The notes: generated by a model from the letters alone, not told the origin. Numbered from the stretch's first letter, positions 1-9,341 are shown. The stretch is DNA of 64,000 nt from a virus (IMGVR_UViG_3300029288_005873:256001-320000); one strand, 5' to 3'. Made by a program: numbers and translations.

Positions 1-2185
1 CCTCACGCTCATTAGGATCCATTTCTGCCAGAAGTTCAATCTCTTCTGCTGTCATTTGGGAGCGTTTCCTTTTCGGACGGTCTTTTTGTTCTTCTTTGAT
101 TTTTTTATCTAGCTTATCCCAATAATCCTCAAAAGCTTTTTCTTCCTCTTCTATCATGTGTGGCTCTAAATCAGAATCATCTATAAATTCCGCACGCTTG
201 GAGATTGGTGGCTCCAACGATGCCAAGATGCCGCGTACACTCTTGCCTTCCATATAGTACTGCTCGATACGTGGGATAAGATATTGGTTCTTCAAGGTAC
301 CAGGTTCATGCCCAACTTTCTTAGCTGCGTCAGCCAGGGCTTTCTTAAAGCGTTCTTTGAGCGCCTTATCCCTTTCCTTGCCTTCTTTAGGAAGCTTGCC
401 TTTGCCATTCTCTTTTAGGGAACGAAGCATTTCCTTGTTGGCATGGAAACCTCTTATATCCTTGGCAGTCACCTTAAATGGGGCAAGATATGAATTTACG
501 TCTTTAGCCGTAATACCAGCCAGAACGCGATCACTTTTCTTTTTATCCTTACAGGCGCGTTTTAGCGCATTAAGAACCTGCTTGGTCTTAACTTCCTTGC
601 TTTGTTTCACTCCAGCTTTGCCCACATATTTAATAGTCGCTTTGCCCTTACCAAACGTTACATGGCGAAGCAGCCAGCCAGTTACTCCATAATGTTTTAG
701 TTCGCTTGCCGATTCTTCATTTCCGATACGTTCATAAGTTTCATCAATGAGAGCAATCGCCAATGCCGAAAGGCGAGTTCGCTCATCATCGGACGAAAGA
801 TCTTTCTTGACCTTAGCGCGCATCTTCTTGAGGGAACTATTAAGCCTCTTTAGACGTTGTTCTTTTTTACGATTACGCGCAGCAATATGCTTTTTATCAT
901 AGAGATAAGTAATATTGCCAGATTCCTCTTTCTTTTTCTCTACATAAGCATGATCCTTTGCTCGTTTGGACAAAGGCTCAGAATATTCTATTGTCGAAGG
1001 TTTGAAAACATTATCAGCAAAGATGAGAGAAACAATTTTTCGCACAGTTTCGCGCCAACGAGATGGATTATCAGTACGAAGCCGATTAAGGGCAGGCGAA
1101 TCTAAAATCATTTTCTTAAGACCTTCGCGACGATCTTGTGAGGGCATGTCAGCCAATTTGGAGGTATAAAGCATGACGATTTCATTCAATCGCGGATAAA
1201 ATTCAATATCACGCAGATGATGCGGAAGCGCAACTCGTTCCTCATCAATCCTCTCTAATTGATCTTTTGAAAGACCCGTCATTGGTATATTTTCCACAGG
1301 TACGACTCCAGTGTAATGACTTCCTGGAATCTTATGCTTGCGAGAAGGTTCACCAATATCACCATATCCAGCCAGTTTTATCTCATCCAAAATTGTTTGA
1401 GCAACATGTGTGGCCTCGTGACGCGCAAGCATCAACACTCTCCGCACATACAAAACAAAACTGTTCATATCAGTTGGCACAAGCCACGATTCTGGAATAA
1501 TAAAATCTAAAACCCAATTTTTCCTAATCCATTTGCCAGTGTATTTAACATCTTGGTCAGGAATAGTGCGTATATGAATCTCTATAGCTGGGAAGGGAGT
1601 TACAATATCGCCAAGAGGACCTACTGTTTCGGAACCCCTCATATGTGGGGGTAACATTTCCAAATACTTCCAATTCGATAAATCCAACTCTACTTCATGA
1701 GAATCAGAAATTTTGGCAAACTTGGCGGCGGCAACTCGCACATCCTCAGGAGCTTCCCCATTTTTCACCAAAGCAGCATAATGCTGAACTAAGAATTTTT
1801 GAAGTGCCTCAGTGAAGACGGGCGGGGGTTCAAAAAGTCCCGCCAGTTTTGGTGGTATCATATCTGGTAGTTCTACCTCATATATTCCTAATGAGCCCTT
1901 AACTGGAAAAGGATCAATTTTACAAATATTAGACAGTTTCCAGGCAAATGCGGATGGGTATATTTCGCATTTTGCTTCTGACTCATCAGCCTTTGTCATT
2001 GGACGGCAATCTATAAGATTCGCTATAGCAAGGGCTTTTCCAGCCGGTTGTATATCTGGCTTAGCGGTTGAGACAATAAGCAAAGGACCACGATATTTGG
2101 TCCCCCATTTACGTGTCTCAATAGTCTTTTCCCCATTGGCAATCATGTTTGCCCAAGGTTGCTTGACTGAAAGAGCCTTTATCAT
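1..2185 (-). CDS. Multidomain protein: ASCH + HExxH zincin-like domain + type IB DNA topoisomerase catalytic domain (3' end truncated by window edge)
   Basis: Absent from the ORF track (no stop inside the window); translated by hand from ATG at 2185 with an in-frame TAA just upstream. N-terminus MIKALSVKQPWANMIANGEKTIETRKW is ASCH-like; RHEATH at ~1406-1420; TopIB pentad YERIGN / YVGKAG / AKDIRGFHAN / VGHEPGTLKNQY with H-to-Y spacing of 9. Confidence 0.85.
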   Translation of the reverse strand, partial: MIKALSVKQPWANMIANGEKTIETRKWGTKYRGPLLIVSTAKPDIQPAGKALAIANLIDCRPMTKADESEAKCEIYPSAFAWKLSNICKIDPFPVKGSLGIYEVELPDMIPPKLAGLFEPPPVFTEALQKFLVQHYAALVKNGEAPEDVRVAAAKFAKISDSHEVELDLSNWKYLEMLPPHMRGSETVGPLGDIVTPFPAIEIHIRTIPDQDVKYTGKWIRKNWVLDFIIPESWLVPTDMNSFVLYVRRVLMLARHEATHVAQTILDEIKLAGYGDIGEPSRKHKIPGSHYTGVVPVENIPMTGLSKDQLERIDEERVALPHHLRDIEFYPRLNEIVMLYTSKLADMPSQDRREGLKKMILDSPALNRLRTDNPSRWRETVRKIVSLIFADNVFKPSTIEYSEPLSKRAKDHAYVEKKKEESGNITYLYDKKHIAARNRKKEQRLKRLNSSLKKMRAKVKKDLSSDDERTRLSALAIALIDETYERIGNEESASELKHYGVTGWLLRHVTFGKGKATIKYVGKAGVKQSKEVKTKQVLNALKRACKDKKKSDRVLAGITAKDVNSYLAPFKVTAKDIRGFHANKEMLRSLKENGKGKLPKEGKERDKALKERFKKALADAAKKVGHEPGTLKNQYLIPRIEQYYMEGKSVRGILASLEPPISKRAEFIDDSDLEPHMIEEEEKAFEDYWDKLDKKIKEEQKDRPKRKRSQMTAEEIELLAEMDPNERE

Positions 2186-2270
2186 TAAACCAGCCCTCTT
2201 TTAGAAAGTTTTTATGCCTCACACCCATTCGAATGGACATCTTTTTCAAAAGACGTCTCGAACAGATCTC

Positions 2271-2591
2271 CTAACCGTCCAATTCTGACCAAAGCTTAAA
2301 ACCTTGTTTCTCAGCCGCTTTCTTTAGACCATTAATATCACTAACGAATTTAGTATGTTCCTCTGTAAAAGAATGTCGCCAAAGACGAGCTAGGCGTTTT
2401 ACGTGGTATGTCAACGTAGAGGTAAGATGCCGCAGCTGCTCTTGGTCCATAGATGCTGCTATCGCATAAAGATCCTCAGCAGGCTGTTGCCCACTTTCAC
2501 AAGCTTCCTCTAAAAGCCTTTCATATTTTTCCACTGGAGTTAAATCAATTCTTGTCTCACCATTCGCATCTTGTCTAACGATTACAGTCAT
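2271..2591 (-). CDS. hypothetical protein
   Basis: 106-aa ORF abutting the upstream gene, on the coding strand. Confidence 0.6.
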   Translation of the reverse strand: MTVIVRQDANGETRIDLTPVEKYERLLEEACESGQQPAEDLYAIAASMDQEQLRHLTSTLTYHVKRLARLWRHSFTEEHTKFVSDINGLKKAAEKQGFKLWSELDG

Positions 2592-2966
2592 TTATTTCCT
2601 CTTTGCTATTCTGCCCAAAAGCGCATCGATCTCGTTGGACAAATCACGCAGACCAGCCTTATCAAGGGCGTCGGCAGCGCGAATGAGGATTGATGCGGTG
2701 TGTAAAGAGGAAGTATATCGCCCTTGTAATTCATCATGAATATCTGGTTCTTCCTCAGTTAGCTCAGTTTCTGGAGCCATTTTGTCTAAGAATGCTCTTA
2801 CTGCCGTTTCGGTTTCTTCCATACCAACATGTTCAAATTTAGCACCCATCAACTTATCCACAGCTTTGTTGAAAAGGTCGCGTTGCTCATCATCCAAAGC
2901 TTCATAGCCACCCGCATTTTCCAGGACCTTCTTCATTTCTTCATATAGGCTCATCAGATCGTTCAT
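2592..2966 (-). CDS. hypothetical acidic helical protein
   Basis: Start moved to ATG 2966 (MNDL) after SD GGAAAGGAGAG; C-terminal RAADALDKAGLRDLSNEIDALL helix pair. Confidence 0.65.
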   Translation of the reverse strand: MNDLMSLYEEMKKVLENAGGYEALDDEQRDLFNKAVDKLMGAKFEHVGMEETETAVRAFLDKMAPETELTEEEPDIHDELQGRYTSSLHTASILIRAADALDKAGLRDLSNEIDALLGRIAKRK

Positions 2967-3017
2967 TTTCCTCTCCTTTCCCGCAAAATGCGGAGGTAAT
3001 TTGAGAATCAGCAACAA

Positions 3018-3037
3018 TAATGCTTAACTATTGATAG
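3018..3037 (-). promoter_or_regulatory. putative phage promoter TATCAATA-N5-GCATT
   Basis: Intergenic; 19/20 identical to 57459-57478. Confidence 0.65.
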
Positions 3038-3045
3038 TTTTTATA

Positions 3046-3477
3046 CTATGGAACCAATGGTGTACGCAAAGAATTAGATGAGTTAACGTATGCCAAAACT
3101 GTGTCAACAGCATCGGATATACTGGTGGGAAGTGTCAGGAACATATCATTTATTGAGATGGGTAGCTGATGATCTAAAAGCATGAAATGAAAACCCTTAC
3201 CATTTTCCTCAATCATGAAGCTTATATCAATACCATCACTTGCCCAATCTGGATATGTCCACGATATTCCAAATGAAAACAGATGAGAATCGTAGTCGAA
3301 AGGTCGTCCAAAAATCTGTAATGAGGGTTTTCCTAAGGCAAGAAGACGCATCAATTGAGGAGCAATCTTGCGGAAAAGAGAAATTGCAGCAGGTTTTACT
3401 CCTGCCTTTTGTATCTTGTTTAGAACATTAGTAATGTAATTTCCAGAACTTTTCGATGATGTGTTAAAAACTTTCAT
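3046..3477 (-). CDS. hypothetical protein (N-terminus MKVFNTSS)
   Basis: 143-aa ORF with ATGA overlap to upstream gene. Confidence 0.6.
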   Translation of the reverse strand: MKVFNTSSKSSGNYITNVLNKIQKAGVKPAAISLFRKIAPQLMRLLALGKPSLQIFGRPFDYDSHLFSFGISWTYPDWASDGIDISFMIEENGKGFHFMLLDHQLPISINDMFLTLPTSISDAVDTVLAYVNSSNSLRTPLVP

Positions 3478-3656
3478 CTATTTTCCCTTATATCGAAAGA
3501 CATCCAGGCCCCGCCGCATTTGGGACAACCTTCCCTCTTAAGAGTCTTGCGCCTTTTCTTTGCTACATCGAGATCATTTCCACTTTTTATTGTATGAAAT
3601 CCGCATAAACACCAAGCATGAACATGGAAATTAGCACAAGTGTTGAAGACAATCAT
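3474..3656 (-). CDS. small Zn-ribbon protein (N-terminus MIVFNTCA)
   Basis: CLCG and CPKC pairs; ATGA overlaps on both sides. Confidence 0.55.
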   Translation of the reverse strand: MIVFNTCANFHVHAWCLCGFHTIKSGNDLDVAKKRRKTLKREGCPKCGGAWMSFDIRENR

Positions 3657-3949
3657 GTTAGCCAGGACTCCACGACATTAAGAAACTCCAGGAAAGCAAG
3701 CGGACCTTCCAAGGTTTCTAGATCGATTTCAGATTTTGATATTGGTTTCAGACGATTAAATGTCTGACAGACAAAATATGATGGTCTATCTGCCATTTGT
3801 ACGATGGTAACTAGACGCCTATTATGGCTCCATGAAATACCAAATGCACCATCTGCCAAGGCGATTGTTGGTTTTGGAAGCCCAGCGAGATTTATAGCCG
3901 AAAGTACACGCATGCGGTATTTTGCGGAACCTGTACTCCAAAGCCTCAT
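3653..3949 (-). CDS. hypothetical protein (N-terminus MRLWSTGS)
   Basis: 98-aa ORF, SD AGGAG. Confidence 0.6.
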   Translation of the reverse strand: MRLWSTGSAKYRMRVLSAINLAGLPKPTIALADGAFGISWSHNRRLVTIVQMADRPSYFVCQTFNRLKPISKSEIDLETLEGPLAFLEFLNVVESWLT

Positions 3950-3956
3950 GACGCTC

Positions 3957-4325
3957 CTAATCCCAAAGACAATCTTGGATAAAAATTTCCGCTACCGACG
4001 TAGTATTGGGGGAAGTTAAATCTAACGAAAATGTACCCAATTTCCCAATAGAATATGATACGTATATTAATTCTTTACCATCAAGCGCTAAATTTAGCTC
4101 ACCGCGTTCCGCCCATTCGAAAACAAGAAATTTTTGACGTATGTCGAGTTTTGGCCAGAGTTCCAATCTTTTACATTCTGGTAGTATAGAACGAGAAATC
4201 TGTTCCGCAAACTTTTGTACCTTTATGGATGAATTAGCATATTGTGGATATATTGCTTTAATAAGACGTAATTGCTTACCTATTTCACTTCGCCAAAAAT
4301 CGGATCCAGTATTAAATATTCTCAT
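3957..4325 (-). CDS. hypothetical protein (N-terminus MRIFNTGS)
   Basis: Start moved to ATG 4325, just after the upstream stop at 4333. Confidence 0.6.
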   Translation of the reverse strand: MRIFNTGSDFWRSEIGKQLRLIKAIYPQYANSSIKVQKFAEQISRSILPECKRLELWPKLDIRQKFLVFEWAERGELNLALDGKELIYVSYSIGKLGTFSLDLTSPNTTSVAEIFIQDCLWD

Positions 4326-4332
4326 TCGTAAC

Positions 4333-4623
4333 CTAACAAGTAATTTTTGCGTTAAATTCCGGAGAATCTCCAGTATATGTTGGACAAATATCACCAACAT
4401 ATACAATCTGTGACCATTGTACACCTATAGCCTGGCAAAAAGGACATGTGTCAACATGTGGACCATGATACCTGCCACAACCAGGACACCTCCAAGGAGA
4501 ACGAATATTGTTACACCATGGAGATGCCATTTTCCACCAACCACAAATAGGACAAAAACCAAATATTTGACATTGGTTTCCACAAGTTGGGCATATATAG
4601 TTAATATGATATGTTGTATTCAT
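4333..4623 (-). CDS. small protein with four CxxC motifs (double Zn ribbon)
   Basis: CPTC, CPIC, CPGC, CPFC. Confidence 0.55.
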   Translation of the reverse strand: MNTTYHINYICPTCGNQCQIFGFCPICGWWKMASPWCNNIRSPWRCPGCGRYHGPHVDTCPFCQAIGVQWSQIVYVGDICPTYTGDSPEFNAKITC

Positions 4624-5636
4624 TATTTACTCCGCGAAGAAATGGGAATTGTAACTCGTTTTGACAATGGTAGTGGCAAAGATGCCAATCTCTTACCAGC
4701 ATTACCACTATCTTGTTTCATCACAAAGGGCTGTTTTCGAAGGTGCTTTAACCTATCCACACTTTCTTCAGGTAAGGTTTCGATATAATGCCCGCCACGA
4801 TCTTCAAGAAACCGTTTAAGCGCCTCTTTCTCTTCGTTGGTCCAATCAGATCCTGGTACATTATACATGACAGGTTCCACAAACTTGTGATACTCATATA
4901 GAGCCTTATATGCTTGATCAACTATGCCTGGATAACTTCCTTCCATACTTTTGAGGCGATTAAAAACCTCATCAAGCTGTTCTTTAGTCATATTTCCCAT
5001 ATATGTAGGAAAACCAAACCATGCTCCCCAAGCTTTATGAGGCATACCGAATCTTTCCCATGCTTTCCAAGCATCTTTGAATCCACGATAACTTGCTACA
5101 GCTTCAGATATTGCTGTGCCCACAACAGGCCTGCTTTCTTTTCCAGCCCCAAGACGACCGTATCCCCCAGCTGGCACATTAGGATCATTCTGATAAGTGC
5201 CAACATGACCAAACTCATGTGCTAATTCTCCACTTATTGGTCCACTAGTAATTTTTGGTAAATCTCCAAGACGTGTTAAAAGAAGATCAAAAGCCTCATT
5301 TGCCTTGGCGGGATCCCCTGGGAATAGACGAGGTTGTAGAAGAGCACGATGCTTAACAAAAAAGTCTTTGGGCGCCATTGCGCCCCCATCAGCAGTCTGT
5401 AGGATTTTGAACCACTCTCTACTAGCTGTCGGATAGCCTAGCTTTTTAGCTTCAACATTATAAGCGTTAATGAGTGGATCAGCAAAATCTTCCATAAATC
5501 GTCGAAAATCAAACCCTTTGGCTGCTATTTGAAGCTGACGATAGACCTCACTTGCTCTTTGGCTTCCAAGCTGTGCCTGTTCAAAAGGTGCTGGTTGTTT
5601 CACCAATTCAGGTTCAAATGAAAAGGGTTTTGTCAT
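4623..5636 (-). CDS. zincin-like metallopeptidase domain protein
   Basis: ELAHEFGH with downstream E in ISEAVAS. Start 5636 preferred over 5678 because 5678 abuts a promoter-like motif. Confidence 0.6.
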   Translation of the reverse strand: MTKPFSFEPELVKQPAPFEQAQLGSQRASEVYRQLQIAAKGFDFRRFMEDFADPLINAYNVEAKKLGYPTASREWFKILQTADGGAMAPKDFFVKHRALLQPRLFPGDPAKANEAFDLLLTRLGDLPKITSGPISGELAHEFGHVGTYQNDPNVPAGGYGRLGAGKESRPVVGTAISEAVASYRGFKDAWKAWERFGMPHKAWGAWFGFPTYMGNMTKEQLDEVFNRLKSMEGSYPGIVDQAYKALYEYHKFVEPVMYNVPGSDWTNEEKEALKRFLEDRGGHYIETLPEESVDRLKHLRKQPFVMKQDSGNAGKRLASLPLPLSKRVTIPISSRSK

Positions 5637-5678
5637 TAGTTTTGCCCCAAAGGAAGAATCCTCAAACAAATCTGGCAT

Positions 5679-5686
5679 TATTGATA
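5679..5686 (-). promoter_or_regulatory. TATCAATA promoter-like core
   Basis: Intergenic copy of the octamer, without the full GCATT element. Confidence 0.45.
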
Positions 5687-5694
5687 TAAAGATT

Positions 5695-6009
5695 CTACAA
5701 AATCTCAGTCTTTGGGGGTTCGCATTCCTTTTCTGTGGCTTTCAACACTTCCTCAGGTGCTTTAGTGGAACGGAACATTTCGACATCAGGTTGATCAAAC
5801 ATTTTACCAAAAGATGTATCAACCTTTAGACCATTTGTAGGTATAATCTCAAGTTCAATTATTGGAAAAAGTTCTTCTCCATCAAGTTTTATAGATAAGT
5901 TGCGAATTCCACCTAAAATCTTACCATCTAGATATACACGAACATTATTCACATCTGAAGAATCATTTGCCTTAGTTATATACCAGCCTTTACTTGGAAT
6001 TTCCTTCAT
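5695..6009 (-). CDS. hypothetical protein
   Basis: 104-aa ORF, ATGA coupling. Confidence 0.6.
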   Translation of the reverse strand: MKEIPSKGWYITKANDSSDVNNVRVYLDGKILGGIRNLSIKLDGEELFPIIELEIIPTNGLKVDTSFGKMFDQPDVEMFRSTKAPEEVLKATEKECEPPKTEIL

Positions 6010-6617
6010 TTCAATTCTCCTTTTACAAACAACCTAGTCGCAAAACCTTCAACATTGAGAATTTGTTGAGCCTCAATAGGAGGTTCATAAACAAATCGAA
6101 CATTGATTACAAATCTACCATCTGTTGTTCTGCCGAGGTTAATTGCCTCTGGGTTAAATGATTGAAAATATTTTTCAGCAACAACTTTTGCCATTCTAGC
6201 TTTTATAAGCTCTTTCATTCCCTTTTTTCCGATTGACCAAATATGCTCTATCCTACATGTGCGCAACATCTTGCGACACCCAACCAAACCATGCGTGGGA
6301 TCAATAAATTGTTTGCGTTTTGGGTCCCAAACTATAAAATGCCCACCGAAAACTTTTTCCGACCATTCTATAGCAACAAGCGCCGGTTGTCTTTTTGGCA
6401 ATTTCTGTATTTTGTGACACGTTATGCCCAGGCTTTCGATAACATCAATAACGTCATCGGGGAAAAGACCTCCCCTATGGTCGCATTTTGAGAAAAATGG
6501 CAAAATGTCATCATACAATAGCCCCGTGAGCATAGCGGCACAAGCCACTCCACAGTCCCATTTTTTACGTTGCTGTATGAATTCAATTTGTCTCGGTTCG
6601 TGAATAGGAAAAAGCAG
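6006..6617 (-). CDS. C39-like cysteine peptidase plus C-terminal domain; probable CTG start
   Basis: Frame extends upstream of the tracked GTG (6548) to give IQQRKKWDCGVACAAM, then GHFIVWD and FIDP; GGAGGT lies 7 nt before CTG at 6617. Confidence 0.7.
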   Translation of the reverse strand: MLFPIHEPRQIEFIQQRKKWDCGVACAAMLTGLLYDDILPFFSKCDHRGGLFPDDVIDVIESLGITCHKIQKLPKRQPALVAIEWSEKVFGGHFIVWDPKRKQFIDPTHGLVGCRKMLRTCRIEHIWSIGKKGMKELIKARMAKVVAEKYFQSFNPEAINLGRTTDGRFVINVRFVYEPPIEAQQILNVEGFATRLFVKGELK

Positions 6618-6641
6618 CTCCGTGACCTCCGGATCTTGCTC

Positions 6642-6929
6642 TTACTTATTGTCCTCCTTCCTGTTTGCCCACTGCGGAAAAAGTCCCGCTTGCGGAACCT
6701 GGACATTAGAAATCTTTGACACCTGTTCGGGCGTCAGATTTTCTCCAGTACTTGATTTCGCTATAGCACGCATAGCTTCTAATTGCTTTCGTAATTTGCC
6801 AAATAGCTTTTCGGAAGCCTCATTGCGAGGTTGCCCTGCCAGCATGTCCTCAATACGCGTTAGAAGACCTTCGATAAGCTGTGGAAATTGGCTTAACGGA
6901 CCGCCACTTTCCCCATTTTTCGTATCCAA
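6642..6929 (-). CDS. hypothetical protein
   Basis: 95-aa ORF, SD AGGAGGAG. Confidence 0.55.
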   Translation of the reverse strand: MDTKNGESGGPLSQFPQLIEGLLTRIEDMLAGQPRNEASEKLFGKLRKQLEAMRAIAKSSTGENLTPEQVSKISNVQVPQAGLFPQWANRKEDNK

Positions 6930-7297
6930 AGGATCTCCTCCTTGTTATTTTTACAATGCGCACTGTGACCTAGAAAACTCGCATCAAGTTTACTTACAAT
7001 CTGTTCGTAAATCTCCTTAGGCGCATTTACGAAAGATACGAAACCTTCGCCATTACCGCAATCATATATCATGATTGCTCCGTTCTGAAATCTTAATGTG
7101 CGCCGTAATGTTGGACATACAGCTAACCGGGCATCTTCATTCAAATCACAGAAAGAACTTTTGCCCTGTTCAAAATTCTCGACAGAAGTAAGTAACTCCT
7201 CCTTATACCCCGCATCAGTTCCAGCTTTATATGAAAACCAAGATGTAACAATAGCAAATAGCAAAGCACCAAGGATAAGTAGTATCTTTACTCTCAT
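6893..7297 (-). CDS. hypothetical protein with N-terminal signal/TM segment
   Basis: MRVKILLILGALLFAIVTSWF hydrophobic N-terminus. Confidence 0.55.
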   Translation of the reverse strand: MRVKILLILGALLFAIVTSWFSYKAGTDAGYKEELLTSVENFEQGKSSFCDLNEDARLAVCPTLRRTLRFQNGAIMIYDCGNGEGFVSFVNAPKEIYEQIVSKLDASFLGHSAHCKNNKEEILWIRKMGKVAVR

Positions 7298-7587
7298 TCC
7301 ATTTCTCCAAGACAAAGATGCCTTCTAAGTTCATCCATTTTTCCAGATCGCCACATAGCCATTAGTGCGTTTATTTCCTCCATCGAAAATCCGCATGCGG
7401 TCTTATCAAGATCTTGACTCATAATTTCTCTGCGGTCTACGAAAAAAATCACTTTTCCTGCTTCTCGGTCTATCTTAATTTCCCGACAAGGACCAGCTGT
7501 TTCATCATGCTCTTCGAAAGGATCAGGAAGCTCCATAATACCTTCTTCAAGCAAACGCCTTAAATCATTAGTATTCATAAGTTTCAT
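7294..7587 (-). CDS. hypothetical protein
   Basis: 97-aa ORF. Confidence 0.55.
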   Translation of the reverse strand: MKLMNTNDLRRLLEEGIMELPDPFEEHDETAGPCREIKIDREAGKVIFFVDRREIMSQDLDKTACGFSMEEINALMAMWRSGKMDELRRHLCLGEME

Positions 7588-7595
7588 ATTGACCC

Positions 7596-7799
7596 CTACT
7601 TGACCTCTTCTTCGATCATCTTGTTATAGCAGGATTCACATAGGTCCCATTGGCAGGAATCGGATCCGTCATGTTGTATAAAACGGACAAGAAGCCTCCA
7701 GGAGCCGCAGCTATCGCATACACCAAAATTCCGACGTGATAAAGTCTTATCGACAAATCTGCGCTGCGCTCTTTTGACAAGAGTGGTGAAAGAAACCAT
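7596..7799 (-). CDS. small Zn-finger protein
   Basis: CDSC...CESC; start at MVSF. Confidence 0.5.
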   Translation of the reverse strand: MVSFTTLVKRAQRRFVDKTLSRRNFGVCDSCGSWRLLVRFIQHDGSDSCQWDLCESCYNKMIEEEVK

Positions 7800-7801
7800 T
7801 G

Positions 7802-8194
7802 CTATCCCAACTTTATATGCTTGTGGCGCTGCTTCCAATCTTCGAAAGCTTTCGAATCGCGACCACCTTGTTCATGCGGACCAATGGCAACTTCCTCTGG
7901 CACAACTGCGGCAATATTTTCAGGTTGAGCTGTAACAACCAATGGCTTTTTTGAATTTGTCAAAACCACAATTTTATCTGTGGGTTTTGCATCAGGGAAA
8001 TCCACAATTACTTCAACAGGAATTTGCTCATCTTCAAACATGAGATTAAGTGGATTTGCCAAAGGTGCAAAAACCCGCAAGAGTAATTTGTCTTCAGTAT
8101 CAGCTATGACCGCATTGACAAAACCTGGCACTTCGCGCATCAAATCAAATTTGTGCTTTTGTAGGAACCCTAGAATTTTTTCTTTATCAACCAT
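7802..8194 (-). CDS. hypothetical protein
   Basis: Start MVDKEK after SD GGAGGAG. Confidence 0.55.
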   Translation of the reverse strand: MVDKEKILGFLQKHKFDLMREVPGFVNAVIADTEDKLLLRVFAPLANPLNLMFEDEQIPVEVIVDFPDAKPTDKIVVLTNSKKPLVVTAQPENIAAVVPEEVAIGPHEQGGRDSKAFEDWKQRHKHIKLG

Positions 8195-9341
8195 TTTTCT
8201 CCTCCATGATGTGACGAACAGCCACCAAAGCTGACGCCATAGCTCCAAAAGGACTTTTTACTCTTGAAACACATTCCCCAGCACCATAAAGTCCACAGAA
8301 ATCTGTTCCCATATATGAATTAACTTCAATAGAACCTTCTACACGCATTTCTGGTATGTGAATTGTTGCACATCCAATTAACGATGGTAACATTTTGTCT
8401 AGTTTTAACAAAGCATCGCAAATTGGATGAAATTGATCAATATGTTCGAGGACGCTGTGCCCCTTTACAAAATCAATTCCCCTTTCCCGTTTTACTTTAT
8501 CATTAGATAGCGTATTCACTATGCGAATTAATCTAGCCGCATCTGTAAAATCTTGTATCGGAACACTTGCCATAAAAGTCGTACGTTCGGAGGGTTTTCC
8601 TGGTGCTGAATAGGCAAAAACTGTCATCAAACCCCCATCTTCACGGTCTCCAATAAGAGAATTAATACGCATATCATCAAAAAGAACATTGTCAGATTCT
8701 AGTCTGAGGTCTCCAGCTATTTTGAGAAACGGTTTAACAAGTTTGCTGGGAACCTCAACACGAACTCCTAATTTTGCCTTAGAATTTGAAATTGGAATGC
8801 CAAACGTTGTACTTATTGTGCGTATCCATTCTACAGAATGGCTCCCCGTTGATATTATACATTTCTTTGCTTCCATCCTACCACGATTAGTATGAAGAAC
8901 AAATTTTCCATCATTATAGCTTAGACGATTAACATTGGTGCCAAAAAGTACATCGGCTTTTCCAAGCCTTTTTTGTAAATGTTGTGATAGTTCATATCCA
9001 CATCCATGATTAAGTTGGTAAAATGGCAATGGAACCGTACGAAGTGGCAAGCCTTCTAATGATGCTGATATATGCTGTTCTAGCATTCCACCGTTAGCTT
9101 TGCGACACATGTCAAATATTGCGGCAAAAGCATGGGGATCGGAAAAATCATCTTTTTCAGAATCCGCCCTAGCCATGGAAAACATGGCACGCCCAAACCA
9201 ACCCGACACCAGACTGCGGCGATCTTTTAGACCATGTCCGCGTTCTAGCGCAAGTACATCCAATCCGCCTTCGGCAGCAGCTATGGTAGCCAGCGTACCA
9301 GCCATTCCAGTTCCCACCACGGCAAGATCATAAATCTTCAT
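8187..9341 (-). CDS. FAD-dependent oxidoreductase
   Basis: YDLAVVGTGMAG Rossmann motif, IISTG, and GLYGAGEC C-terminal FAD motif. Confidence 0.75.
   Translation of the reverse strand: MKIYDLAVVGTGMAGTLATIAAAEGGLDVLALERGHGLKDRRSLVSGWFGRAMFSMARADSEKDDFSDPHAFAAIFDMCRKANGGMLEQHISASLEGLPLRTVPLPFYQLNHGCGYELSQHLQKRLGKADVLFGTNVNRLSYNDGKFVLHTNRGRMEAKKCIISTGSHSVEWIRTISTTFGIPISNSKAKLGVRVEVPSKLVKPFLKIAGDLRLESDNVLFDDMRINSLIGDREDGGLMTVFAYSAPGKPSERTTFMASVPIQDFTDAARLIRIVNTLSNDKVKRERGIDFVKGHSVLEHIDQFHPICDALLKLDKMLPSLIGCATIHIPEMRVEGSIEVNSYMGTDFCGLYGAGECVSRVKSPFGAMASALVAVRHIMEEKNG

Noticed and set aside
357-2204. Plus-strand ORFs in the first 2.2 kb, and an apparent gene-free gap
   Set aside because: Region is fully occupied by the minus-strand ASCH-zincin-TopIB frame.
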